The notes below the pieces were generated by a model. It ran no database searches and was not told the origin of the DNA. It was given only the letters and a program-made list of their open reading frames with translations. A DNA stretch of 42,860 nt from a virus (Duplodnaviria > Caudoviricetes): IMG/VR virus record IMGVR_UViG_3300047275_000196, positions 1 through 42,860 of that record. The stretch is one strand, 5' to 3'. The translations under genes were made by a program, and so were the position numbers. Of the stretch, positions 1-7,889 are shown piece after piece. The number at the start of each line of letters is the position of its first letter. Positions within the stretch are counted from its first letter, which is position 1.

Positions 1-43
1 CTGTGGGATAGCTTGAAACACCGGGCGGGGCGGCGAAGTTAGC

Positions 44-135
44 ACCCCAGAGCGACAAGGCTGACGGGTCATGCGACCGACGGGTCAGCGTGTGAAGGGC
101 AGGCCTAGGATGGGCTAGGTCTGCTCGCTCGGGGT
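44..135 (+). ncRNA. Candidate structured RNA (three-way junction) upstream of the replication gene; may be truncated by the window start
   Basis: Closing stem accccagagcga (44-55)/tcgctcggggt (125-135); arm gctgac (60-65)/gtcagc (84-89) with inner ggtc-atgc-gacc; arm gggcaggcctag (97-108)/ctaggtctgctc (115-126) with G-U pairs favouring the + strand. Confidence 0.5.
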
Positions 136-182
136 CAGTTGCATCCTAGTAGTCCTATAGGGCTATAACCTAAAGATCGGTA

Positions 183-212
183 TTGACGCCAGTTATTTAC
201 CGGGTGTAGTCT
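183..212 (+). promoter_or_regulatory. Possible sigma70 promoter for the replication operon
   Basis: TTGACG (183-188), 18-bp spacer, TAGTCT (207-212), then GAGGAGG SD before ATG 233. Confidence 0.4.
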
Positions 213-232
213 CCAGTTTCAGAGGAGGCTGC

Positions 233-667
233 ATGGAACTGAATCACTTTCCAATAAAGATTGCGATCAATCGCGAATCTCGTGTCGCCTGCATTACGCA
301 GATCGTACCGAACGGAAACCCACAAAAGCTTTTCATACACGCCGATCAGGCGATGCAGATTGCAGAGTTCCTGTCCAAGGAATTCGGCAAGCGCAAGGGC
401 AGGGGCATCCCAGAAGGAAGTGATGCGGACTTCGAGCGGTTCTGGTCTGCCTATCCAGTCAAGACATCCAAGGCCGGTGCGCTGTCATCTTGGAAGCGCA
501 GTCACGCCAACAAACATCTCGACAAGATCCTCGCCCACATCGAAGCGATGAAGGCTTCTGATCAGTGGAAGCGCGGATTCATTCCGCATGCGACCACGTA
601 CCTTAATCAGCGCAGGTACGAGGACGAGCAGAAACGCGCTGAAAATCCTTGGGACAACGCAGTGTGA
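233..667 (+). CDS. Phage replication initiator-like protein (C-terminal-type domain)
   Basis: FERFWSAYPVK...A...W and FIPHATTYLNQRRYEDE motifs typical of phage replisome organisers; strong SD; upstream of the helicase. Confidence 0.7.
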   Translation: MELNHFPIKIAINRESRVACITQIVPNGNPQKLFIHADQAMQIAEFLSKEFGKRKGRGIPEGSDADFERFWSAYPVKTSKAGALSSWKRSHANKHLDKILAHIEAMKASDQWKRGFIPHATTYLNQRRYEDEQKRAENPWDNAV

Positions 668-674
668 GGCAACC

Positions 675-788
675 ATGTCACGAGAAGACATTTTAATTTT
701 TGCTGCTTTCTGTATCGGCTGGATGTGCAGACCGGTCTGGGATGGATTCATCAAGCCAGAGATTCAATCCATGAGGAACCGGAGATGA
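675..788 (+). CDS. Small hypothetical protein with hydrophobic N-terminus
   Basis: GAGG SD before ATG 675; stop overlaps the next start (ATGA). Confidence 0.45.
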   Translation: MSREDILIFAAFCIGWMCRPVWDGFIKPEIQSMRNRR

Positions 789-985
789 CCAAGTCAAAGC
801 GCCGCATGTGGACGCTACTGCTGACAGTCACGTTCCCACTGTGGGTCATTCCTACTGTGGCGATTTTCTGGGTGGTGGCGTTCATTGCTCTGCTGTATGC
901 GGCATCTGCTGACTGCGTAGAGATTGTCGAAGACTTCATCTTGAATAGAGGCAAGCGTAGGAATGACATCGATGAACAAGGCTGA
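785..985 (+). CDS. Small membrane protein
   Basis: GGAG SD, ATG 785; basic N-terminus followed by a long hydrophobic segment. Confidence 0.55.
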   Translation: MTKSKRRMWTLLLTVTFPLWVIPTVAIFWVVAFIALLYAASADCVEIVEDFILNRGKRRNDIDEQG

Positions 986-1211
986 CAAAACAATCAAGGC
1001 AATCAACCCGGATCACTATCAGGGCGAGATCGAATGCATCGACGCACTTCGAGTGTGCCTGTCAGAGGAAGAGTTCCGTGGCTACTGCAAGGGCAGCGCT
1101 ATTGCGTACTTGTGGCGGCACGGCAAGAAGGATGACCCTGTTCAAGAGGCTGGCAAGGCAAGTTGGTACGTGCAGTGGCTTCGCAACGTAGACCCGAGAG
1201 GCGACCGATGA
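963..1211 (+). CDS. DUF3310 family protein
   Basis: INPDHYQGEIECIDA...FRGYCKGSAIAYLWR.GKK...KASWY signature. Confidence 0.85.
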   Translation: MTSMNKADKTIKAINPDHYQGEIECIDALRVCLSEEEFRGYCKGSAIAYLWRHGKKDDPVQEAGKASWYVQWLRNVDPRGDR

Positions 1212-1438
1212 GCAGTTCGTATAACCGTAGGCACCCAAGACTCAGCCTTGATCAATACAAACAGCTGATTCGCATCCACCAGAACCGCAAACAACTAGCG
1301 CGTGGCGTGTTCTCCAAGTTTGTCAGAGAACTTGGCGTACCCCAGTCAACAGTTGCGACATGCCTGCGAAGAGGCGTGAAGCGGTACGACTACATACTGT
1401 GGAAGTCCGGCGATGATTGTGCAATTGAACGAGGTTGA
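1208..1438 (+). CDS. Hypothetical protein, possible HTH
   Basis: ATGA coupling to DUF3310; ELGVPQSTVATCLRRG resembles an HTH recognition helix. Confidence 0.5.
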   Translation: MSSSYNRRHPRLSLDQYKQLIRIHQNRKQLARGVFSKFVRELGVPQSTVATCLRRGVKRYDYILWKSGDDCAIERG

Positions 1439-1895
1439 GTGCAGGATTGCCGAGTACATGGCGAAGCGGCGATATCAGATGTCGCGAGAGCAGGGAATCG
1501 TTGACCGCAAGATAGGCTCGCAGTCTAACGAACTGACAGACCTAGAAGGTATCGCCGCCGAGATTGCATTCTGCAAACTGGCCAACGTGTACCCAGACCT
1601 AGATCCGTCCAGCCCGAAGAAGGAGGACTGTGTGCTGCGAGACGGAAGGCGAGTCGATGTGAAGGCAACAGTCCACAACAACGGGCGATTAGTTGTTGCT
1701 CGATGGAAGCAGCCGGATGACGTTGACCTGTACGCACTCATGATCGGGAAGTTTCCAACCTACCGATGTGCGGGCATCATGACATCTGATGAAATAATTC
1801 GTAGTGACAGACTCAAAAGTTTAGGGTATGGTCTTAGTTATGTTGCAGATCAAGAGGAACTGCAACGTCCTGACGAATTCTTTGGTGGCGAATGA
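1413..1895 (+). CDS. Hypothetical phage protein, possible PD-(D/E)xK fold
   Basis: 160 aa in a tightly packed operon; E...D...VDVK pattern. Confidence 0.6.
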   Translation: MIVQLNEVECRIAEYMAKRRYQMSREQGIVDRKIGSQSNELTDLEGIAAEIAFCKLANVYPDLDPSSPKKEDCVLRDGRRVDVKATVHNNGRLVVARWKQPDDVDLYALMIGKFPTYRCAGIMTSDEIIRSDRLKSLGYGLSYVADQEELQRPDEFFGGE

Positions 1896-2350
1896 AACTT
1901 CCAGAAGGCGCTGATCGAATACTTCGAGTACGCATGCAAGGGAAAATCCCTAGCAACATGCTGATCGTTTCGTTCTTTGATAAGCCGCGCATTAACTACG
2001 ATCCGATTGTGTATGCAAGACCAGAGGAGACTTATGACTGGCGCTTCGCTGCCCGCATGGATACCGTGATGGTATGCCCGATTGATATGCGGAACATGCA
2101 ACGCCACATGAAGGCCATGCTCGCGCATGTCGCCCGACCGCTGAACTACTTCCATCCAGACGCGGAACTGGGTGGCAACGTGTATCTGTTCCCCGAGGCC
2201 GATTCGATTGACGCATGGGTGCAGGGGAAGATCACGAAGTCACAATGGAAGTGGCACCTAGACCATCTACCGTGGCTAGATTCCCAGAACTATGAATTCC
2301 AAAAATTTCTAAGGGAAACTGCTTGTGAATCTGATAGACGATACCATTGA
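1892..2350 (+). CDS. Hypothetical protein upstream of the helicase
   Basis: ATGA coupling, 152-aa ORF. Confidence 0.65.
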   Translation: MKLPEGADRILRVRMQGKIPSNMLIVSFFDKPRINYDPIVYARPEETYDWRFAARMDTVMVCPIDMRNMQRHMKAMLAHVARPLNYFHPDAELGGNVYLFPEADSIDAWVQGKITKSQWKWHLDHLPWLDSQNYEFQKFLRETACESDRRYH

Positions 2351-3311
2351 CTTCAAAGAGTATCTCGACTACGCAGAGGGAAGCGAGAAGGTACTGCCTG
2401 CCTCGACGTTCCTAGACGCTGTAATCGATAGGATACATGGCGAGACTGCCAACAACAGTCCGGTCACACCGTGGCCTCGTGTTGGCGATAACTTCCAGAT
2501 GCGACCCGGCGAAGTGACACTGTGGGCTGGCATCAACGGGCACGGCAAGACGCTCGTGACCAGTCAGGTTGCGCTGCATCTCATGGTGCAGGCCAAGAAG
2601 GTATGCATCGCATCGTTCGAGATGAAGGCCGACGCAACGATGGCGCGTATGGTCAAGCAGTCTGGCGCTAGCGGGCTGCCGACTCACGATTTCATTCGGC
2701 GATTCCACAACTGGACTGACGGGCTGCTGTGGATTTACGACCAGCAGGGCGTGGTCGATCCTGACACGCTGCGAGGCGTGATGCTTTACGCACGAAACAA
2801 GCTTGGCGTCGAGCATTTCTTTATCGACTCGATGATGAAGGTTGTTCGCGGCGACGACGACTACAACGGCCAGAAAGATTTTGTGAACAGCGTGTGCGCT
2901 ATTGCTCAGGACACTGGCATGCATGTCCACCTAATCGCTCACGTTCGCAAGCGCGAGGATGAGTACACCATGCCGAACAAGTTCGACGTGAAGGGCAGCG
3001 GCTCGATTACGGACTTGGTGGACAACGTGTGCATTGTTTGGCGCAACCGCTCGAAAGAACGTAAGTTGATGGACAAGCAGTTGTCCCCGGCGGAACTTGA
3101 AGATACAAAGAAACTGCCAGACTCTGTGCTTCAGTGGAGCAAGCAGCGGCACTTCGAGTGGGAAGGAAAGGCTGCGCTGTGGCTGACGCAAGGCGCACAG
3201 AGTTTCGTTGACCAACTCGGCAACTCACCGTATCGATGGGAGCCGCCGATGATTCAGGTCAAACCGGCATCGATTGTTGTGAAGGAGGACAACTGTGAAG
3301 TATTCGAGTGA
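2325..3311 (+). CDS. DnaB/Twinkle-like SF4 replicative helicase without a primase domain
   Basis: Walker A GINGHGKT, IASFEM, Walker B FFIDS, HLIAHVRK, DVKGSGSITD, KQR arginine finger. Confidence 0.9.
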   Translation: MNLIDDTIDFKEYLDYAEGSEKVLPASTFLDAVIDRIHGETANNSPVTPWPRVGDNFQMRPGEVTLWAGINGHGKTLVTSQVALHLMVQAKKVCIASFEMKADATMARMVKQSGASGLPTHDFIRRFHNWTDGLLWIYDQQGVVDPDTLRGVMLYARNKLGVEHFFIDSMMKVVRGDDDYNGQKDFVNSVCAIAQDTGMHVHLIAHVRKREDEYTMPNKFDVKGSGSITDLVDNVCIVWRNRSKERKLMDKQLSPAELEDTKKLPDSVLQWSKQRHFEWEGKAALWLTQGAQSFVDQLGNSPYRWEPPMIQVKPASIVVKEDNCEVFE

Positions 3312-3567
3312 GCAGGTCGCTGCCCTGAAGCAGTCGCGCATAAACAATCCCGACATCGCATCGTTCATTGACGCTGTGCGGCATCAATTCCCATCCGCCA
3401 AACTGACTCACCTGAGTAGCCCCGAGATCGAGGTTGGCGAGGCGTGGCCTGATGGAGTGTCTAGTGCGGAGGCAAAGAGTTGGTTCGTGAGGCCGACCAA
3501 GAAAGTGCCGAAGTCCAAGAGGCTGACCAAGAAAGAACTGGCAAAAGACGTGACGAGGTACAAGTGA
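3295..3567 (+). CDS. Hypothetical protein
   Basis: GGAGG SD before GTG; operon packing. Confidence 0.6.
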   Translation: MKYSSEQVAALKQSRINNPDIASFIDAVRHQFPSAKLTHLSSPEIEVGEAWPDGVSSAEAKSWFVRPTKKVPKSKRLTKKELAKDVTRYK

Positions 3568-3716
3568 AACAGAGGTATTGCTCGAACTGTGGGAAGCACC
3601 GCGACGAAACGAGCGGCATCTGGAAGAAAGTCAGCAGTGGTCGCCGCTGGATATGTAAGTCGTGCGTAGACCGATCAGTGAAGGGTAGTTTTCTAGCGCC
3701 GAGGGTAAAGAAATGA
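3564..3716 (+). CDS. Small zinc-ribbon protein
   Basis: GTGA coupling; CSNC...WICKSC. Confidence 0.6.
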   Translation: MKQRYCSNCGKHRDETSGIWKKVSSGRRWICKSCVDRSVKGSFLAPRVKK

Positions 3717-4150
3717 ATCAGGAAATGGTTGCGTTCCAAGGTGAGGTGATGTTGCTAGGCTGGGCTGACAGCAGCACGAGAGGCAGGACTGTTACGTTCC
3801 TGCTGGACGAAGACGCTGACGCTCATCCGTTCAAAGACTTTACGATCAAGTCTGGCAAGCGTTCTGGACAGCGCTTCATGTGCGTGTTGGTCGAGATCAA
3901 CGAAGACGAGCAGCCGGTCAAGCAGGAACAGCGCAACTCACAGTTGGCGTACCTGTGGTGCAACGACGCTGAGTTTTTATTCTGGTCGAAGGCCAAGGAT
4001 TCAAGCGATGCCCGCGAGAGAATGCTCAAGGCATGCAAGGTGAACAGTCGAGGACAGCTGGACACAGGCGATGCCGCTGTTGCATTTGAGAGTTTGATCA
4101 AGCAGCCATTCTTGCGATGGCGTCAGACAAAGAATCAGGTAGAACTGTGA
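3713..4150 (+). CDS. Hypothetical phage protein
   Basis: 145 aa with start/stop overlaps at both ends. Confidence 0.7.
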   Translation: MNQEMVAFQGEVMLLGWADSSTRGRTVTFLLDEDADAHPFKDFTIKSGKRSGQRFMCVLVEINEDEQPVKQEQRNSQLAYLWCNDAEFLFWSKAKDSSDARERMLKACKVNSRGQLDTGDAAVAFESLIKQPFLRWRQTKNQVEL

Positions 4151-4449
4151 CCTATCGGAACAGGCAACTGTTGGATGTGGCGCGTCACGCCACACAATGC
4201 ATGATGTGCGACAGGCACAATTGCGGAACAGTTGTCGCTGCTCACAGTAACCAGCAACGCGATGGCAAAGGTATCGGACACAAAGCAGCCGACTATCGCA
4301 TCGCATTCCTGTGCTACGACTGCCACACGCAGATCGATCAGGGCAATACGATGACTCGCGCAGAGAAGCAGGAGCAGTGGGAGAACGCTCACCGCAAAAC
4401 AGTCGGCTGGCTGTTCGAGAACGGATACCTGCAAGTGGTGAAGCCGTGA
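4147..4449 (+). CDS. DUF1364-type zinc-binding putative nuclease
   Basis: YRN..LL...R...C..C...TVVAAHSNQ.RDGKG.G.KA.D...AFLC..CH..ID signature. Confidence 0.8.
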   Translation: MTYRNRQLLDVARHATQCMMCDRHNCGTVVAAHSNQQRDGKGIGHKAADYRIAFLCYDCHTQIDQGNTMTRAEKQEQWENAHRKTVGWLFENGYLQVVKP

Positions 4450-4856
4450 AGCGCTGCCCGGTGTGCGGGCTGGAGAATACCGGTGGTGTTCCTCATGCAT
4501 ACCACAGGCAGCAGAGGAAGAGGCATCCAGACTTGGACTCGGTGATTGCCAGTCACAATTCGGATATCCGATACGCAATCTTTATCGCCGAATTAATGAT
4601 CGATGCGATAACTGAATACCAGAGGAGGAAGCGACGTGGGGAAAAGACAAAGGCAACGAGGCGCAGAAACGGAGCGAGAGGTGGCCAACTTCCTGAGCGA
4701 GCAGTTGGGCATGGAGATCAAGCGAAAGTTGGGGCAGGCTCGGGACTCGGGGGAAGATATCAGCGTCTATCCTTATCGTATCGAGGTAAAAAGAAGAAAG
4801 AAGCTAGCCGTCACGGATTTCATCGAGCAGTGCGAGACCGGGGTTCAGCCCGGTGA
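4446..4856 (+). CDS. Hypothetical CxxC protein whose 3' half overlaps the resolvase gene
   Basis: GTGA coupling and KRCPVCG start; the ~220-nt overlap makes the C-terminus doubtful. Confidence 0.35.
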   Translation: MKRCPVCGLENTGGVPHAYHRQQRKRHPDLDSVIASHNSDIRYAIFIAELMIDAITEYQRRKRRGEKTKATRRRNGARGGQLPERAVGHGDQAKVGAGSGLGGRYQRLSLSYRGKKKKEASRHGFHRAVRDRGSAR

Positions 4857-4968
4857 GGTTCCGATTGTGATCATGCGAGTCGATGGCGACACTCGACCAC
4901 TAGTGATGCTTCGGCTTGAGCATTTCATTGAGACCATGAAAGAGAAAATACAACGAGGACTAACATGA
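4636..4968 (+). CDS. Holliday junction resolvase-like PD-(D/E)xK endonuclease (Hjc-type)
   Basis: RQRGAETEREVANFL...GEDI...IEVKRR; GGAGG SD. Confidence 0.8.
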   Translation: MGKRQRQRGAETEREVANFLSEQLGMEIKRKLGQARDSGEDISVYPYRIEVKRRKKLAVTDFIEQCETGVQPGEVPIVIMRVDGDTRPLVMLRLEHFIETMKEKIQRGLT

Positions 4969-5228
4969 AGTTGATCAACGGTTTTGACGGAGCCATTGTT
5001 GGCACGGCATCAGTGCATGGCGAGTACGGCCAGACGCACCGAGCGATATACAGCGGACACGGGATCGTAAACATACTCATGTCTTCGAGCGGCATGTCGT
5101 ACGACGAAGCCATCGAGTACATCAGTTTCAACATCAGCGATTCGTTCTTGGAGAGCGATGCGCCTATCGTGATGTGGCCAGCCAGCAAGCAGCAGATACT
5201 TGAGGAGATGAGCGATGCCGAGCAATGA
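4965..5228 (+). CDS. Conserved phage hypothetical protein
   Basis: GFDGAIVG...AIYS...MSYDEAIEYISFNI pattern recalled from aquatic phages. Confidence 0.7.
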   Translation: MKLINGFDGAIVGTASVHGEYGQTHRAIYSGHGIVNILMSSSGMSYDEAIEYISFNISDSFLESDAPIVMWPASKQQILEEMSDAEQ

Positions 5229-5757
5229 AAGAATCGGCCTCGCGCTGAACTCGAAGAACCTGAAGAGCGACGAGACACACGTTGACTCCGACTTGGTTGC
5301 CGCGCTGGCGTATGCATCATCGCTAGGCGGTACGTTGCAAATGCTGGTATCTGGTGGGTACAACGAGGAGATGTCAAAGGCAGCGACCGAGTTGGCTCGT
5401 GTGCTGAAGAAAGCATGCAGAAGGCGGAACTGGGGGATGAGTTGGGATGCCGCGCAGAAGGCTGCGAGGCAGGGGCTGGCCGAGTGGATGATCGGCTGCT
5501 GCCGTGGGTGCAATGGATCAGGCAAGACGCTGCTCAATTACGGCATCGATGAGGCCGACCAGAAAGAAGAGCAGTGCCTGATATGCGAGGGGACTGGGGC
5601 GTTCATTCCGACGTGGGATTGGCGGGCTGAGGTGATGGGTCTGAGGGAGACCGATTCCGCCGTGTGGTGGGGGAAGCGCATCGAGTTGGCTAAAGAGATT
5701 GCCGACGATGCATTCAACACCGCCCGCAGGCAGGTCACCAAGCAGATGACCGCCTGA
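5215..5757 (+). CDS. Antitermination protein Q-like zinc-finger protein
   Basis: CRGCNGSG and CLICEGTG motifs; last gene of the early/middle block, followed by a strong promoter. Confidence 0.6.
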   Translation: MPSNERIGLALNSKNLKSDETHVDSDLVAALAYASSLGGTLQMLVSGGYNEEMSKAATELARVLKKACRRRNWGMSWDAAQKAARQGLAEWMIGCCRGCNGSGKTLLNYGIDEADQKEEQCLICEGTGAFIPTWDWRAEVMGLRETDSAVWWGKRIELAKEIADDAFNTARRQVTKQMTA

Positions 5758-5787
5758 CGGACGGGTTCAACAACAACTGAACAAATG

Positions 5788-5816
5788 TTGCAAGCGACTG
5801 TACACGCAGGTACAAT
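5788..5816 (+). promoter_or_regulatory. Sigma70 promoter downstream of the Q-like gene (pR'-like position)
   Basis: TTGCAA (5788-5793), 17 bp, TACAAT (5811-5816). Confidence 0.65.
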
Positions 5817-5879
5817 CTGTGGTAGGTGCATTCCAACTATAACTATATTGCGCGCCGACTCCGGGGAAGTCTTGTCTCC

Positions 5880-5905
5880 GAGAAGCAGAGGGGGTTGCCC
5901 CCCTC
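5880..5905 (-). terminator. Hairpin or weak terminator at the end of the leftward operon
   Basis: - strand GAGGGGG-GCAA-CCCCCTC followed by tgcttctc; overlaps the VWA stop; poor U tract. Confidence 0.4.
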
Positions 5906-7880
5906 ACGCCACCCGCCTGTGGTCGGCAGCCTTCAGTTGGTCAATCACCTTACGCAGCGCGATTGAGTGCAGGTCTTCAATGCGACGAACCGAAGCGCCA
6001 ATCTCGTAGGCTTCGGAAAGCAACTCATCGCAAGTGCCGATACCGAACGCGACCACCTCGACATCGAACATCGCCTTGCTGGCGCGGGTTAGCAGCCGAA
6101 CTTTCTTCGACTCGCCGAACCCGTCCGTGATCACGATCACGATGCGTCGGCCAGCCTTGCGCTGCGACAGTTGTTGGACAACTGCTCGAAGGCAGGTGTA
6201 GTCCGGCGTACCGCCGTTCGCGATCTGCCCCATCTTCACGAAGTGGTGCGGGATGCTGGCAGTGCGATCCTCGAAGCGCTTGGCGACCACGAGGACACCA
6301 TTGCGGACTTCGCGTGACTCGGTGGTTTTAATATCCCCGAACATGTCGCGGCCAGATGACATCTGGACGTGATCGTAAGTGCTGGGTGATCGGAACCCGA
6401 CCACCTCGCACTCAGCGCCAGCGGCCTCCGCAGCCTGAGCGATCGTCCACGCAAGGTGAGCCGAAGTTTTGGCGTTTTGTCCGTTCATTGAGCCAGACAA
6501 GTCAACCAGCACCGACACCGAAGTGTGGATGCCTTCGCTCTCCCATCGGCGCTTGAAGACTGACTCGCTGCCGCTGAACATGCGCGGCGCACGTCGGCCA
6601 TCGAACCGCCCGCTGACAGCACCGCTGTCCCAGCCGCAACGCTCGGGAGCCTTGAGGATCTGGTACAGGCGCGACTTCAGCGCGGGCAGCACCGCCTTCG
6701 ATAGCGTTCGAGCGGCTCGGCGCAAAGAGGCTTCGTCCTTTTGCATCGAACTCCACTTCCGCATTTCGCTGCGACCCGGAGCAGGCGCGACCGGCAGTTC
6801 AATCGAGAACGGCACACGCTCTCGAACGCGCTTGAACACCTCGCCGATATCCGGCTCAGGCGACTTGCACAGTTGTTCGTCGTACTGTTCAGTCTTGTCT
6901 TCAAAAGGCTCGTCACCTGAACCAGTACCGCAAGCGTCATCGCCGTCGCCCGAGTCATCGCTGTCACCAGCGCCTGACATCGAGACTTCACTTTCATCGC
7001 CAGCCTCGACCGTGTTGGCGATGTCAGAGTCAGCCTCAGCTAACTCGTCTTCGCCGTCTTCGCCGCTGTCACCAGCGTCGGACTCGTCGGACTCGTCGGA
7101 GTCGCCAGAGTCTTGCTGCTGCTGTTCCTGCTGTTGAGGCTGCTGCCACGGCATACGCTCAGGCTCATGTTCCTGATTGACATCTTCGAGTTGCTTCCAG
7201 CCTTCGAGGAACTTCACCGCCAGACCAAGCGCCTGACCGGTTCCATCACGATCCAGCGACAGGCTTGGCATCGCGTCGGCAACCGCCTTGTACAGGCTTC
7301 TCTTCGGCTCAGGAATGCGGGCGAGCAGCGACTTGGCGAACCCGTTGCCATCGCCGTATGCGGCGCGGCAGATCAGCGCGAGAGCGAACGGTGCGCTGTT
7401 GATCGATGCCGGGTTGAACGATGCGTCGAGTTTCGACGTGTAGTGCGACATCAAGCGCTTGAAGCCTGAACGCAGGCCATTAGCGCGGCCAGAGACGATC
7501 ATCGCATGCTCGATGCGGGCATCCTCAATGCCGTTCCACAGTTTGCAAATCAGGGCATGCTGAGGGCTGCTGTACCGATTCAGCGCCGTGTTGTCAGTGA
7601 AGGCAACGTGACCAAGTTCGTGACCAGTGTAGGCGGCGATCAGGTCAGCCTCTTGACGCGACACATACGAGTTGTCCGGCATCGCAGGGTAGTTGATCCG
7701 GTACGCGATGACCTTCGACTTGTCTATCGACATCTGCCACTGAGCGTATGCGATCTCGCCACCGAAGGTGACAGTGCCAGCGCCTGACATCACGGCATCG
7801 CTGCCGAGCAGCACTCGCAGTTGTTTTTGCGAGTGGACTAGTGCGGCAGCCTTGATGGCCGCAGATTTAATCTTTTGCAT
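5904..7880 (-). CDS. CobT-like VWA domain protein
   Basis: N-terminal GHELGH...WNGIEDARIE, long D/E/Q-rich linker, SGRFD, MIDAS DLSGSM, GGTP, ITDG. Confidence 0.85.
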   Translation of the reverse strand: MQKIKSAAIKAAALVHSQKQLRVLLGSDAVMSGAGTVTFGGEIAYAQWQMSIDKSKVIAYRINYPAMPDNSYVSRQEADLIAAYTGHELGHVAFTDNTALNRYSSPQHALICKLWNGIEDARIEHAMIVSGRANGLRSGFKRLMSHYTSKLDASFNPASINSAPFALALICRAAYGDGNGFAKSLLARIPEPKRSLYKAVADAMPSLSLDRDGTGQALGLAVKFLEGWKQLEDVNQEHEPERMPWQQPQQQEQQQQDSGDSDESDESDAGDSGEDGEDELAEADSDIANTVEAGDESEVSMSGAGDSDDSGDGDDACGTGSGDEPFEDKTEQYDEQLCKSPEPDIGEVFKRVRERVPFSIELPVAPAPGRSEMRKWSSMQKDEASLRRAARTLSKAVLPALKSRLYQILKAPERCGWDSGAVSGRFDGRRAPRMFSGSESVFKRRWESEGIHTSVSVLVDLSGSMNGQNAKTSAHLAWTIAQAAEAAGAECEVVGFRSPSTYDHVQMSSGRDMFGDIKTTESREVRNGVLVVAKRFEDRTASIPHHFVKMGQIANGGTPDYTCLRAVVQQLSQRKAGRRIVIVITDGFGESKKVRLLTRASKAMFDVEVVAFGIGTCDELLSEAYEIGASVRRIEDLHSIALRKVIDQLKAADHRRVA

Positions 7881-7889
7881 GTTGCTTCC

